Below, one piece after another: positions 19,310 to 30,338 of a stretch of 64,000 nucleotides of DNA. Made by a program: the position numbers and the translations under genes. A model generated the notes under the pieces. It ran no database searches. It saw only the letters and a program-made list of their open reading frames with translations, and was not told the DNA's origin. Each line of letters begins with the position of its first letter. Position 1 is the stretch's first letter. Source of the DNA: an uncultured Planctomycetaceae bacterium (lineage in GTDB: Bacteria; Planctomycetota; Planctomycetia; Planctomycetales; Planctomycetaceae); NCBI GenBank assembly GCA_963815195.1, contig CAWFGE010000013.1, positions 480,001 to 544,000 of the forward strand, written 5' to 3'.

Positions 19310-22300
19310 TCAGGGACGGACTGCCAGAACGCGGATGCCTTCTTCTCGCGTGAGGGGTTTGGTGGTCTGCTCCGAAGCGATTTCCAGCCGCAGCCGGGCG
19401 TCGCCGGCTTTTACGGATTTGAGGACCAGGTCAAATTCCAGTTCCGTTCGTCCTTGAAGGGACTCCACAGGATTAAATGTAAGCGTCCCGCCGTCGCGTT
19501 TGAAGTCCACGGGGCCTTTGGCGGACACAAATTCCAGTTCTTCCGGGATTTGCAGCTTGACGACGACCTGGCTCGCGGCCCCGGTGCCCCGGTTGGTGGC
19601 GACGATTCGCAGATTCACCTCCTGGCCGACGTCCACGGGCTCCGCATATTCGCGGACATCCAGGCGGAGCGCGGTGTAGCCTTCGATGAGGGTTTCGGAC
19701 TTGACCACGGACCGCGTGCCGTTGGGATCGAACGCCGTCACTTCGCTGGCTTGCTTGCCTTCGTTTCGGGCGACGAGTTCGAGCTGGAGTTCTTGCTCTT
19801 CGCGGGGTCCGAGTTCCCGGATCGCCCAGGTCACCGTGCGTTTGTCGGGGTCGAATTTCCCGCCCGCGGTGGCCTTGACGAAATCCAGGCCGGCGGGAAC
19901 GGCTTCCACGACTTGAAAGCCCGCCACGTTGGTGTCGGATTGGTTGGCGATCGTGTTGGAGAACGCAGCGAGCCGGCCGATGTATCGGCGTTTGGGGCCG
20001 GTGCGGGTGATCTTTAACCGGTCGCCGATGATCTTCAGGTTCGACGTGGCTTCCTCTTGCAGGCCGCCGCTGGCGGAGATGACGGCTTTGTTGACGAACT
20101 CGCCGGCCGCCGCGGCGCTGACGGTGAGATCGATCTCCCGGCTTTCGCCGGCCTTGAGCGTCCCGACTTCGTATTCCAGGTCGCCCCCGTCGGGGTGTTT
20201 GAGTCCTTTGGGAAGAATGTTTCGCAAAAAGACCCGAGCGGCGTCGCCAGTGCCGGTGTTGGCGATTTTGAAGTGATAGGTCACATTGTCGCCCAGAACC
20301 GCCCGCTCGGGGCCGGTGAATTCCAGGTCGAGGTTTGGAGCCGCAACCACTGTCTGTGAAGCGACTTCCGCGACAAAACTCACCTTGGCCACGCTGCCGA
20401 TCTGGCCTTCCTGAGTGGGGATGAGACGCACGGCGATTTTCTTTTCTTCGCCGGGCGGAATCTCTCCCAATCGCCAGATCAAGCGGGAATCGGCCATCTC
20501 GCCGCGGGGAATCGTGCCCGTCAAACGAGTCCCCTTGGGAATTTGATCTTCCACTATCACCTCGCGGGCGGCACTGGTGCCCACGTTGCGGACGACGATG
20601 TTGTAGATCATCGGTTGTCCGAGCACCGCCTTGGGCGGGGCGGTCTTTTCGATTTTCAGTTGCGGACGCTGCTGCGCGGCTGGGGGCAATTCCGCCAGTT
20701 CAGCGGTCTGCGGCGTGTCGGAACCTGGTCCCGGCTCTAAGGGCGGCGTTCCCATTGGGAAGGGGGACACCGGGGACGGGGCATCGGTGAATTGGATGGG
20801 GGGGGATGATTTCGGTTCTGTGCTCAATGCGGGCGGCGAGGTTTCAGGCAGCGGATTGGCATTGATTTGTGCCTGCGGACTCGAGGTGGGCGGGTCGGCA
20901 TCCGGGAACGTCACTTGATCCAGCGGATCGACAAATGCGGCCGGGCCGACTGCGGGAGCCTGCGAGCTACCGGCGGCGGGAATAGCACACCCCGGGACGT
21001 TCGGGGCCATGTTCGTTTCCGGCCCCACGACCGCGGGGCTGGTCAAATTCGGACCGGCCGGCTCAGCTTGCGGAGGCAACGTCCCGGTTGATTCCGGCGC
21101 AGTGGGGAAAGGATTTTCATTTTGATGTTCATTTTCGCTCGCCGATTGGGGTGCCGAGGGGGCGGGATCGACGGGAAACCGCGGACTGTTATCGACGGGC
21201 GGCGGTGCCAAGGGGGGCGAAGAACTCGCCGGCACGCGCACCGAAGCCCGCCCCGGAGCAGGCGGGTCTGCGCCGGTTGGCAATTCCTCCAGCGAGGCTT
21301 CTCGAGGCGGATTCAAGTCCAACGGATCGACGGGGGCCGCCGGGGCGGAATCCATCGGTTCGGGTGCGACGGTCAACCCGCCGAAACGGGGATCGCCTGG
21401 ATCGGCCGCATTGCTCGGCGGAACTGCGGGAAGAGGGGAAAGTGTAGGCGACGCCGGCACCTCGGCCGAAGCGGGCAATTTGGGTTCCGCCGGATCAACA
21501 GGACGCTCGGCCGGCCCGGCAGAAATCGATGGCCCGTTCAATTGCGGCGGTTCGATGGGATCGGCGGGATCGGATTCCGCGGGCATCGGTCCCGGCAAGA
21601 CCGGCGGCGTGGTTTCAGGCGAGTCGCCTGCCGGTTCGGGTTCATACGGATCGAAGGGAGCCTCGACCGGTTCTGCTTCCGTTTTATGTTCGGTTGAAGG
21701 CAGAACGGGATCGGAGAATGGATTGTCTTCCGGCGGTATGGGTGGCTGGGAAACGGGCGGAACGGCAGTCGGCGGAGCCGGGGCCGGTTCCGATTGGCTT
21801 TCGGCAGAAAACGCGTTGAGATCAGGGACCGCGGGGCCTTCGGCTTCCACGGCCGCTGCCGGAACGGCAATGGGAAGTTCCGGAAACGCAGGCTCCGGAG
21901 GATTGCCGACTTGTTGGATGGGGCTGTCCGCCGCAGGTCGTGCGGGGGCCGCTGTTTCCTGCGAAGGGCCGTTGTCCGCCGCAGGCGTCAACAACGGCCC
22001 AGCATTTGCCGCCGGGTCCTTCGCGACAGGAAAAGGCGTCGGGGGATCGTTCGCGGCCTCAAAGGGGTTGTTCTCTGCCGGTTCGGGAAGCGGCTCGAAC
22101 GTCGGGACCGGTTCCAAACCGGCCGCTCCTCCGGGATTTTGCTCTCCGGACGGAGAGGCGGCAAAGGAGGGGGCCGCCCGCACCGCCGCGGGTTCTTCCT
22201 CCGCCGGGTCGCCCGTGGAAGCCGTGGCCGGCCTGCGCTCCGAAATTCGGAGCGAGCGACAAGCCTTCCATCGCTTGCAGCACAACCAGAAACCCAATTC

Positions 22301-22346
22301 CCGTCACGCCCGCCAGCGCGACGAATTGCCAAAGGAGATTGCGCAT
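19310..22346 (-). CDS. Large Pro/Ala-rich exported protein with C-terminal DUF11 (OmcB-like) Ig repeats (frameshift ~22240)
   Basis: N-terminus MRNLLWQFVALAGVTGIGFLVVLQA; long P/A/E-rich linker; repeats such as LKIEKTAP..YNIVVRNVG..A..V.VED.IP.G. Confidence 0.8.
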
Positions 22347-22671
22347 GGGAGTCCTTTCCCCATCTCCGAAAGATTTCAAGGTGATTCCGTGAGAATTTCC
22401 CCGCCAAAAGGGAGTCCATGCGGACACCGGATTCGTTATCCAAAGGGGGAATCGGCGCTACTTACCACAATCCCGCGCATGAGAAAAGATCAATCTGAAT
22501 CGTAAAGGCGTTTTCTGTTACCGTATTGTTACACGTTTGGCCCGTCGTTGCGGTTAGAATCATGGGTGCAGGGAGCGGGATAGGGCGGAGTCACCTGGAA
22601 GACTGGCCGCCTTGGACAAAATGGGGCGAGGGAGCCGATTTGGAGAATATGCGTTTTTGGGAACTTTGAAA

Positions 22672-25053
22672 ATGAAATGGCATAACGGCTTCTTGCTGGT
22701 TCTCGCCTTGTGTCTGACTCGCGCGGGCCTGGCTCAAGAGCCCGCGAACCGGCCCGCGGGAACACCTTCGCCCGAAGTGGTTCTGCCCTATGTGTCGTCC
22801 GCGGCGGTGACTCGCGGTTTGACGCGAAATGAGCCGGCGGCCGCAAAGTTGGAGAGTGTCACCTTGGGGCGATGGAAAGTTCCCAAAGTCTCCGCACGGG
22901 TCAAAATCCAAAACGATCTCGCCGAGACGCAACTCGATTTTTTCTGCACCAACACGGCCAGCGTCACCGCCCCGGCTCAAATCGCCCTGCCCGTGCCGGC
23001 GACCGCCCAACTGGTCCAAGGCAAATCGTTGGCCGCCGGTTGCGAGGTGGTCTCCGCGAAAAACGCCCTGCCTGTGTGGCAGAGCTACGCCCGGCAGATT
23101 GCCGACCCGGGACCGATCGAGTTCTGCGGATGGCCGCTCCTCCAGACCGGGCCGATGAGCATCCCGGCCGGCAAGTCGGAGCCAATCGAACTCACATACA
23201 AGCAAACGCTGCCGCAAAATCATTCCCGTTTTGATTATGTGCTGCCGCGGAGCGAATCCATCCAATACGCGGTCCCCTGGTCGATCGAGTTGGACGTGCA
23301 AGCGGACCGGCCGATTTCCACGGTGTATTCGCCGTCGCATAAGCTGCGGACCGAGCGAATCTCGCCGAACGTTTTGCATGTGACGGTCGACGAAACCGCC
23401 GCCGCCCAGCCGGGTGCCTTTTGGTTGTCCTATTTGCAGGACGGGGGCGAAGTGTCGGCGACGTTGTTTACGCAACCGGACGAAACGACGCCCGCCGGCG
23501 GCGGCACGTTCTTGTTTCTCGCCGGCCTGCCGGCTGAAATGCCCGCGGACAAGGCCCTGTCCCGGGAGTTCACGCTGGCCCTCGATCGTTCCGCCAGCAT
23601 GCAGGGCAAAAAGATCGAGCAAGTCCGCGATGCCGCGGTGCAGGTTGTGGAAGGTCTGAAGGACGGCGAGTTCTTCAACATCGTCACCTACAACGACAAG
23701 GTCCATTCCTTTGCCGAGAAGCCGGTGCGGAAAACGCCGGAGACATTGGACGCCGCGAAGGACTTTATCAAAGAGGTCAAACCCCGCGGCGGCACGGATT
23801 TGAACGGGGCTTTGCTCGAATCCGTCCGGCAGGAACCCACGGCGAAGACGCTGCCCATCGTGCTGTTTTTGACCGACGGCCTGCCCACGGTGGGTGAAAC
23901 GGACGAAGTCAGAATCCGCGATGCGGTCGCGAAGCAGAATCCCTTCCGCCGGCGGATTTTCACCGTGGGCGTGGGCGTGGACGTGAATACGCCGCTCTTG
24001 GAAACCATCGCCACCCAAACCCGCGCCCAACCCGCGTTTGTCCTGCCCACGGAAAACATCCAGGCCAAGATCGCCGGGGTCTTCAAAAGCCTCGAAAATC
24101 CGGTCCTCGCCGACGCCCGGTTGGATTGCATTACTCCGTCCGGTCAGCCTGCTCCGAGCCGCATCGGCGATGTGTTCCCCAATCCGCTGCCGGATTTGTT
24201 TCAGGACGACCACCTGGTCGTGCTGGGACGGTATCAGGGATCGGGACCGTTGACGTTCCGAATCCAAGGCAATTACCTGGGCGAGGCGAAGACGTTCGAG
24301 TTCACGTTTCCGCTGAAGGACCAGCCGGCTTATCCGTTCGTGGTCCGGTTGTGGGCGACGCGAAAGATCGCCGACCTGGTCCGGCAAATCCGGCATTCGG
24401 GAGCCGAGGCCGACCCCTACACGATCCTCAGCAATCCCAAGCAGGATCCGAAATTGAAAACGCTCGCCGAGGACATTCTCCAACTGACGACGCGGTACGG
24501 GATCGTCACCGAATACACCGCGTTTCTCGCCGAGAGCGGCAACACTTCGCTCAGCCGGAGCGAACAACTCAATCAGGCCTATCGCAACTTCGACGAACGG
24601 GCGGTGAAGACCCGCGTGGGGCTTTCGTCGGTCAATCAATCGATCAACAACAGCCTCTTGGGGCAGCAGCATTATTTGAACGGCGGCAATTACTATTGGG
24701 ACGCCAACATGCGGCGCGTCGCGGCGACCGGCGTGCAGCAGTTGGGCCGCGGGGCCTATTTCCTGCGGGGGGACACCTGGGTGGACGGGCGGCTGGCGGA
24801 TCAGGTCCAGATCACGCCGCAGGAAGTCGTGTCCTTCGGCAGCCCGGCTTATGACAAACTGCTCCACCGTCTCGTGACCAAAGGCGAGCACACGCCGCTC
24901 TCGCTGAACGGAAACGTGCTCATGCAAATCGACAACAAACCGGTCCTCGTCTGCCCGCCCGCTGCGAATCCCGTCGCCGCTGCGGGAGCCGTCGAGGCGC
25001 GCGTGGGGCGTCAGCCCCATGATGCTTCACAATCGGACGTCAAGAATCGATGA
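22672..25053 (+). CDS. Exported VIT + von Willebrand A domain protein
   Basis: Signal peptide; MIDAS DRSASM, GGTDLN, LFLTDGLPTVGE, LWATRKIA, YGIVTEYTAFL. Confidence 0.85.
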   Translation: MKWHNGFLLVLALCLTRAGLAQEPANRPAGTPSPEVVLPYVSSAAVTRGLTRNEPAAAKLESVTLGRWKVPKVSARVKIQNDLAETQLDFFCTNTASVTAPAQIALPVPATAQLVQGKSLAAGCEVVSAKNALPVWQSYARQIADPGPIEFCGWPLLQTGPMSIPAGKSEPIELTYKQTLPQNHSRFDYVLPRSESIQYAVPWSIELDVQADRPISTVYSPSHKLRTERISPNVLHVTVDETAAAQPGAFWLSYLQDGGEVSATLFTQPDETTPAGGGTFLFLAGLPAEMPADKALSREFTLALDRSASMQGKKIEQVRDAAVQVVEGLKDGEFFNIVTYNDKVHSFAEKPVRKTPETLDAAKDFIKEVKPRGGTDLNGALLESVRQEPTAKTLPIVLFLTDGLPTVGETDEVRIRDAVAKQNPFRRRIFTVGVGVDVNTPLLETIATQTRAQPAFVLPTENIQAKIAGVFKSLENPVLADARLDCITPSGQPAPSRIGDVFPNPLPDLFQDDHLVVLGRYQGSGPLTFRIQGNYLGEAKTFEFTFPLKDQPAYPFVVRLWATRKIADLVRQIRHSGAEADPYTILSNPKQDPKLKTLAEDILQLTTRYGIVTEYTAFLAESGNTSLSRSEQLNQAYRNFDERAVKTRVGLSSVNQSINNSLLGQQHYLNGGNYYWDANMRRVAATGVQQLGRGAYFLRGDTWVDGRLADQVQITPQEVVSFGSPAYDKLLHRLVTKGEHTPLSLNGNVLMQIDNKPVLVCPPAANPVAAAGAVEARVGRQPHDASQSDVKNR

Positions 25054-25143
25054 AAAAAAGGAACTCTCGAGCCCCGGCGACCGTCCCAACGTTTGCGATC
25101 GCAGCGATTTTTCATTCCCACTCCCGAACGATAGGCTCGCTTC

Positions 25144-25842
25144 ATGAACCGCCAGCGGATTTTGACGATCGAAGACGACCCCGCGATCCGGCGAGGCGTG
25201 GTGGACGTGTTGGAGTTTGAAGGCTACGCCATCCTCGAAGCCGACCGCGGCGACACCGGGCTCGCCATGGCCTTGGAACGCACCTACGACCTGTTGCTTT
25301 TGGATTTGGTTTTGCCCGGCGTGGCGGGGCTGGAAATCCTTAAAGAAGTCCGCGACCACCGCCCGACGTGCCCGGTCATCATCTTGTCGGCCCGGGGCGA
25401 AGAAGCCGACCGCGTCGCCGGGCTGAAATTCGGAGCCGACGATTACGTCGTCAAACCCTTTAGCGTCAAAGAACTCGTGGCCCGCGTCGCCGCGGTGCTC
25501 CGGCGGTCGCCCGAACGCGCCGCCCTCTGCCCGGAAGTCCCCGTGCCCGGCGGCATTGCCGACTTGAGCCGCGGGGAAATCCGTTATGATGATGGGAGCC
25601 GCAGCGATCTATCGGAACGGGAGGTGGATATTTTAAGGTATCTCTCCAGCCACGCCGGGCGGACGATCAGCCGGGACGAATTGATGGCCCGCGTGTGGCG
25701 GATCGATCCCCGCGGCCTCAACTCCCGCGCCATCGACATGCAGATCGCCCGCCTCCGCGAGAAACTCCGCGACAACTCGCAGGTCATCCGCACCGTCCGC
25801 GGCAAAGGCTATGTCTTCGTGACCGGCGAACCGGTCTCTTAG
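25144..25842 (+). CDS. OmpR-family response regulator
   Basis: IEDD, LLDLVLP, GADDYVVKPF, winged helix IRTVRGKGY. Confidence 0.95.
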   Translation: MNRQRILTIEDDPAIRRGVVDVLEFEGYAILEADRGDTGLAMALERTYDLLLLDLVLPGVAGLEILKEVRDHRPTCPVIILSARGEEADRVAGLKFGADDYVVKPFSVKELVARVAAVLRRSPERAALCPEVPVPGGIADLSRGEIRYDDGSRSDLSEREVDILRYLSSHAGRTISRDELMARVWRIDPRGLNSRAIDMQIARLREKLRDNSQVIRTVRGKGYVFVTGEPVS

Positions 25843-25862
25843 CCAATCATCGAAACGAACCC

Positions 25863-25994
25863 ATAAGCCGCAGGGCGCTAGCCCCGGTTCTTGAACAAAA
25901 GGGGAGACAAGGAGAAGGGGAGATTGGGAGAGTGTTCAACGTACAATCCCAACGACCGCAATCGATGAGCCGCAGGGCGCTAGCCCCGGTTCTT
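25863..25994. repeat. Two direct REP copies (AGCCGCAGGGCGCTAGCCCCGGTTCTT)
   Basis: Identical cores starting at ~25866 and ~25968, between the regulator and kinase genes. Confidence 0.8.
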
Positions 25995-26116
25995 AAACCA
26001 TGATTATGTAATGACGTGACCGAGCATACGATGATGAATAGCGAATTAAACTCAATGGTGCGGCCCCTAACTCCGTATCTCCCGACCTCCCCTTCTCCCG
26101 ATCTCCCAATCTTGAC

Positions 26117-28018
26117 ATGATGCGGCCAAGATTCATCTGGTTGGCGTTTGTGTTCTGCCTCGCCATCGTGACGGCGGCGATGGGCTGGATCAGCCATACC
26201 GTGCTCAGGCTTGAGACCGCGGAAATTCAGGCCGGCCGCCAATCGGAAAACGAACGGCTTGCGCTCTGGCGCATGGATTCCACGATGATGCCGCTGATCA
26301 CCCGCGAAAGCGCCCGCCCGGCGTACGAATACCAGCCGTTTTATCAGCCGGACAACCTCTACACGCGGATGTTCTCTCCGATCGACGCCAGCCGGCTGCA
26401 AAGCCGGTCCTCGCTGATCACGCTGGACACGCCCATGATCCGGCTGCACTTTCAATACGAGGCCGACGGCAGCCTCTCGTCTCCGCAGGTGCCCACAGAG
26501 AGTTGGCGGGATTTTGCCGAGTCCCAACACTTCACAACTTTCGAACGGATCGAAGCCTATTCGCGGGAACTGGGGTCGCTGAAACAGGGCGTCCACTGGG
26601 CCGATCTCAACGCGGCCTTGCCGGACGAGATCGAAACCGAGCCGGACGCGGTCGGGCCCGAGGACCAACTTGCGGAAGTCCAGCCCAACGCCGATCGGAA
26701 TTCTCCGCCGGACGATTTTCCCATGCAGGCGGGGTTGCCGCAGCAACTCGCCCAGCCTCTCCAACAGAAGCGGTTTCTCGAGAACAACCGCAGCATGAAC
26801 GAGTTTGAACGCCGCAAAGGAGCGGCCCAGAAAAACCAGGTCCGCAGCAACTCCTATCAGCAGCCGAACGCCCCGCCGCCATCGGAACCGAATCCGAATG
26901 CCGATCCGATCGGGCCGCAAACCGCGCCGGTCCCCGCTGCCAAAGGGCAGGGGCAATCGCGGCACGGGCCGATGCACGCCGTGTGGCACAACGGGTTGTT
27001 GCTGTTGGTTCGCCGGACGATGGTGGCGGGCAAAGAATCGATCCAGGGATGTCTTTTGAACTGGCCGGAGATTCGCCGCCGGCTGCGGTTGGACATCGCC
27101 GATCTTCTGCCCAAAGCCAAGCTCATTCCCGTCGCCGGCGCTCCGACCGCGAACCGCACCTTGCTCTTGGCGACGCTCCCGGTGCGGCTTTCGCCGGGCG
27201 GCGCACCGGCGGAAGTGATTCCCCCGGTCACGCCGATCCGCTTGTCGCTCCTCATCGCCTGGGGCGGCGTGTTTCTCGCGGCGACCGCGGTTGCGGTGCT
27301 GCTCATGTGCGTCGTGCGGTTGAGCGAACGCCGGGGCGCGTTTGTCTCGGCCGTCACACACGAACTCCGCACGCCTTTAACCACATTTCGGCTCTACACC
27401 GAAATGCTCGCCGACGGGATTGTGCCCACCGAGGAAAAACGCAGAACCTATCTGCAAACGCTCCGCGTGGAGGCCGACCGCTTGGGGCATCTTGTGGAGA
27501 ACGTGCTGTCTTACGCCCGGCTCGAAAACGGGCGGTCCAAGCGGGTCAAGGATGAGATCGATCTGGCGGAGCTCTTGGGCCGATTGGAAAGCCCGCTCCG
27601 CGAACGGGCCGAGCGGAGCGGGATGACGCTCCAGTTGGACCTGCCCGCCGATTCGCCGCTGTCCGTGCGCGGCGACGGGGCCGCGATCGAGCGGATTGTG
27701 TTCAACCTCGTGGACAATGCGTGCAAATATGCGATCGAAGCCCACGACCGCTGCATCCACCTCGCCGGCCGGGCGGAAGGCCATCATGTGCTCGTGGAAG
27801 TCCGCGACCACGGGCAAGGCATCGCGAAGAAGTCGGCCCGGCAGCTGTTTCGGCCGTTCTCCAAATCCGCGACCGAAGCCGCCCACTCCGCTCCCGGCGT
27901 GGGCCTGGGCTTGGCCCTCTGCCGCCGTCTCGCGAAAAGCCTAGGCGGCCAACTGATCATCGACCACAACGTCGAAGAGGGGGCCTCGCTGATCCTCCGC
28001 CTGCCGATTTCGCGGTGA
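26117..28018 (+). CDS. Membrane sensor histidine kinase
   Basis: Two TM segments; H box VTHELRTPL, N box NLVDNACKY, DHGQG, GVGLGLAL. Confidence 0.93.
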   Translation: MMRPRFIWLAFVFCLAIVTAAMGWISHTVLRLETAEIQAGRQSENERLALWRMDSTMMPLITRESARPAYEYQPFYQPDNLYTRMFSPIDASRLQSRSSLITLDTPMIRLHFQYEADGSLSSPQVPTESWRDFAESQHFTTFERIEAYSRELGSLKQGVHWADLNAALPDEIETEPDAVGPEDQLAEVQPNADRNSPPDDFPMQAGLPQQLAQPLQQKRFLENNRSMNEFERRKGAAQKNQVRSNSYQQPNAPPPSEPNPNADPIGPQTAPVPAAKGQGQSRHGPMHAVWHNGLLLLVRRTMVAGKESIQGCLLNWPEIRRRLRLDIADLLPKAKLIPVAGAPTANRTLLLATLPVRLSPGGAPAEVIPPVTPIRLSLLIAWGGVFLAATAVAVLLMCVVRLSERRGAFVSAVTHELRTPLTTFRLYTEMLADGIVPTEEKRRTYLQTLRVEADRLGHLVENVLSYARLENGRSKRVKDEIDLAELLGRLESPLRERAERSGMTLQLDLPADSPLSVRGDGAAIERIVFNLVDNACKYAIEAHDRCIHLAGRAEGHHVLVEVRDHGQGIAKKSARQLFRPFSKSATEAAHSAPGVGLGLALCRRLAKSLGGQLIIDHNVEEGASLILRLPISR

Positions 28019-28032
28019 CTGGCCCCGAGGCG

Positions 28033-29025
28033 TCAAAAGTCTGAGATTGGTTGACCGTCGTTTCGCGACATCAGTCGTTCCAGGGTGGAGTCCACCGCGT
28101 CGGTTCTCGTGGAAATCGAGCCGGGGCCGATGTCGGCGTCGATCGTTTCCGAGATAAACCTCACCGAGCCGTCGGCAAACAAGAATTGGACGCCGCCCGA
28201 GTGCGAACTGGAGAAACCGCGACGAATCTTGGAGTGGCCGCCGCCCGGAGCGTCGTCGTTGAACCTTGAGTTCAGCGCATACTTCCCACAACCCTGGTTG
28301 TCGGCCAGCCCGTGTTGGGAGGCCTCTCGGATTCCACGCGTCCCGTACACGACCCCGGCGCGGTGGTCCTGCGGGAGGCTGCCCCACCCCTTGCCCGGAA
28401 GAGACCAGCAGCGTTCTCCGACCATGAGCGTATTTGAGGGTCCATCAATGAAATCTCCAAATCTAACGGAGCTATTGACGTAAAACGTGCCGTTCGAGAC
28501 GTGCTGTAACTCACCGCTGCCGTTGACGCCCACATAGTTGGACAAGGCGAGCGCGTACTGAGGTTCGCCGTTCAAACCGGCGAACGGCCGGGAAACGTTG
28601 ATCGCGGGGCCGCCGTCCGAAGGACATTGAAAGACCTGAAGACCAACGCCGGTCGGCGTTCCCGACGCATCCAAATTGGCGGGCATCGAACGATAATCGA
28701 ACTCGCGGTATAAGCGCATATCGAGATAAGGCAAGACCGACGCTCCCCAGCCCCAGTTCCCCTGATATGTGACCGCCTGGGGATCGCCGTCAACCCCGGG
28801 AACGACGTTCACGCAGCCGGGTGGGAAGCAATTGTATGAATCATGATAGTTGTGCAAGGCCAGTCCCATCTGTTTCAAATTGTTCTTGCACGTCGAGCGC
28901 CGGGCGGCCTCGCGGGCCTGCTGCACGGCCGGCAACAGCAGTGCGAGCAAGAGCGCCAGGATGAAGTTGACAATCAAGATTTCATGCAGGACGAACCCGG
29001 CTTTCCGCCAACCTAACCAGAACAT
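28033..29025 (-). CDS. DUF1559 prepilin-type protein with H-X9-DG motif
   Basis: G-FVLHE, LLLPAVQQAREAARRSTCKNNLKQMGLALHNYHD, DGPSNT, SHSGGVQFLFADGSVRF. Confidence 0.93.
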   Translation of the reverse strand: MFWLGWRKAGFVLHEILIVNFILALLLALLLPAVQQAREAARRSTCKNNLKQMGLALHNYHDSYNCFPPGCVNVVPGVDGDPQAVTYQGNWGWGASVLPYLDMRLYREFDYRSMPANLDASGTPTGVGLQVFQCPSDGGPAINVSRPFAGLNGEPQYALALSNYVGVNGSGELQHVSNGTFYVNSSVRFGDFIDGPSNTLMVGERCWSLPGKGWGSLPQDHRAGVVYGTRGIREASQHGLADNQGCGKYALNSRFNDDAPGGGHSKIRRGFSSSHSGGVQFLFADGSVRFISETIDADIGPGSISTRTDAVDSTLERLMSRNDGQPISDF

Positions 29026-29075
29026 GGTGTATTCCCCGACTGATGGGACGACCGATCTTGCGCAAATGGAAATCT

Positions 29076-30338
29076 CTACTTGTTCGGACCCCGCTGACTA
29101 TCTTCCTGTTGGAACTCGTCTCGATCGTTTTGCAGTAGTTCCGCCAGTTCCGCGCCGCTTAAGGGCGTGACCTCAGCTTTGCGGGATGAGTCGGATGGCG
29201 ATGAAGACGCAAAAATCAGAGCTTGGCCGACGGAGAATAATAGCGGCGACATCATGGACACAAAGCCGATGCTGGCCTTGATTCGGTCCCACGGAATGCC
29301 GACGTCGCGAATATACAAAAACCAGTTCTGCACCAGCAGCCACATATTCACGAGCGCGAAGGGTCCGGCAATGAGCACGCCGATAAACTTTAATCCGGGT
29401 TGGAGAGTGCCTGCCAAACCGACCGCGATTTGCACGACGACTTGCAGGACCAGCAGCAGCGCCTGCAGTTTGACGATATCCCCAAACATGCGGTCTGAGT
29501 GCCGGCGTCCCTGCGGAATCGGCTGGACGGGACCGCACCAGTCAGGACAGGTTTTATCAGGCGGCAGGAGAGGCTGCTTTTGCACGGAGTCCGCCAACGA
29601 TCGGATTTGCTTACGGAAGCCGCGCACGCCTTTGCGGGACGACTTGCCCGGCCAGATCACGATCTGACCGACACCCGCCGCAACGTCGGCCCCCAGTTCC
29701 TCGGTCAGAATTGCTCGGATGTCGTCAGCCGTCTGAGGAGCGTGGCCGAGGAACACGACGCGGTCGAAGCCGAGCGCATCGGTTACGATGCGAGTTTCCT
29801 CGCGCACGGCGGGAGTCGGCGTCGACAGGTCGATGAACGCCAACTGCCCTTTTCGAAGAGAATGCCACAGTCTGGGTATCCAGTCGTTTCCGGCCACCAG
29901 ATCCATGTGGCGCGGCGTGCAGTATTTCATGGCCATGTAGATCGGACTGTATTTCTCCTTCAAGCCCAGTTTGCGCCGTCTCGGATCGCGAATCCCAGAC
30001 AGCCGCAGCTTGTTGCCGAGCGCGCGTTGGATCTCCACGCGGATCGGCCAGGTGTCGACGTCGTTCTGGAACGATCTCAGATAAAAAGCATCCGTGATAT
30101 GCCTTGGCGCGAAGGCGCGCCACCAGACCAACACTCCGACGGCGACGAACACCAAGAGCCACGACAGCAGCGTGCCGACGAGCGCCACAGTTCCGACCGC
30201 TTCGGTCGGCGAAGACATCGCGACGCCAATGCCGGCTATGGTGAGGAGCACCGCCAGGATCAAGGCGCGAAGCGTCCACTTCTGAAAGATGGACGTCATT
30301 TCGCGAATCGGATCTTCCAATTCGAGGCAATCAGCCAT
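29076..30338 (-). CDS. Hypothetical multi-pass membrane protein (start may be 30299)
   Basis: 420-aa ORF; two N-terminal TMs, soluble domain starting FYLRSF, three C-terminal TMs. Confidence 0.7.
   Translation of the reverse strand: MADCLELEDPIREMTSIFQKWTLRALILAVLLTIAGIGVAMSSPTEAVGTVALVGTLLSWLLVFVAVGVLVWWRAFAPRHITDAFYLRSFQNDVDTWPIRVEIQRALGNKLRLSGIRDPRRRKLGLKEKYSPIYMAMKYCTPRHMDLVAGNDWIPRLWHSLRKGQLAFIDLSTPTPAVREETRIVTDALGFDRVVFLGHAPQTADDIRAILTEELGADVAAGVGQIVIWPGKSSRKGVRGFRKQIRSLADSVQKQPLLPPDKTCPDWCGPVQPIPQGRRHSDRMFGDIVKLQALLLVLQVVVQIAVGLAGTLQPGLKFIGVLIAGPFALVNMWLLVQNWFLYIRDVGIPWDRIKASIGFVSMMSPLLFSVGQALIFASSSPSDSSRKAEVTPLSGAELAELLQNDRDEFQQEDSQRGPNK

Noticed and set aside
19186..19310. preQ1 riboswitch upstream of queF
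   Set aside because: No recognisable preQ1 stem-loop with A-rich tail; the region is a GC-rich tandem palindrome
20600..22250. Pro/Ala-rich stretch as a DNA repeat array
   Set aside because: Low-complexity protein linker without periodic nucleotide repeats
22591..25020. Long antisense ORFs (e.g. 22591-25020, 12984-14648, 2360-4012, 11042-12613, 54762-56375)
   Set aside because: Shadows of real genes on the opposite strand, expected at high GC; no motifs
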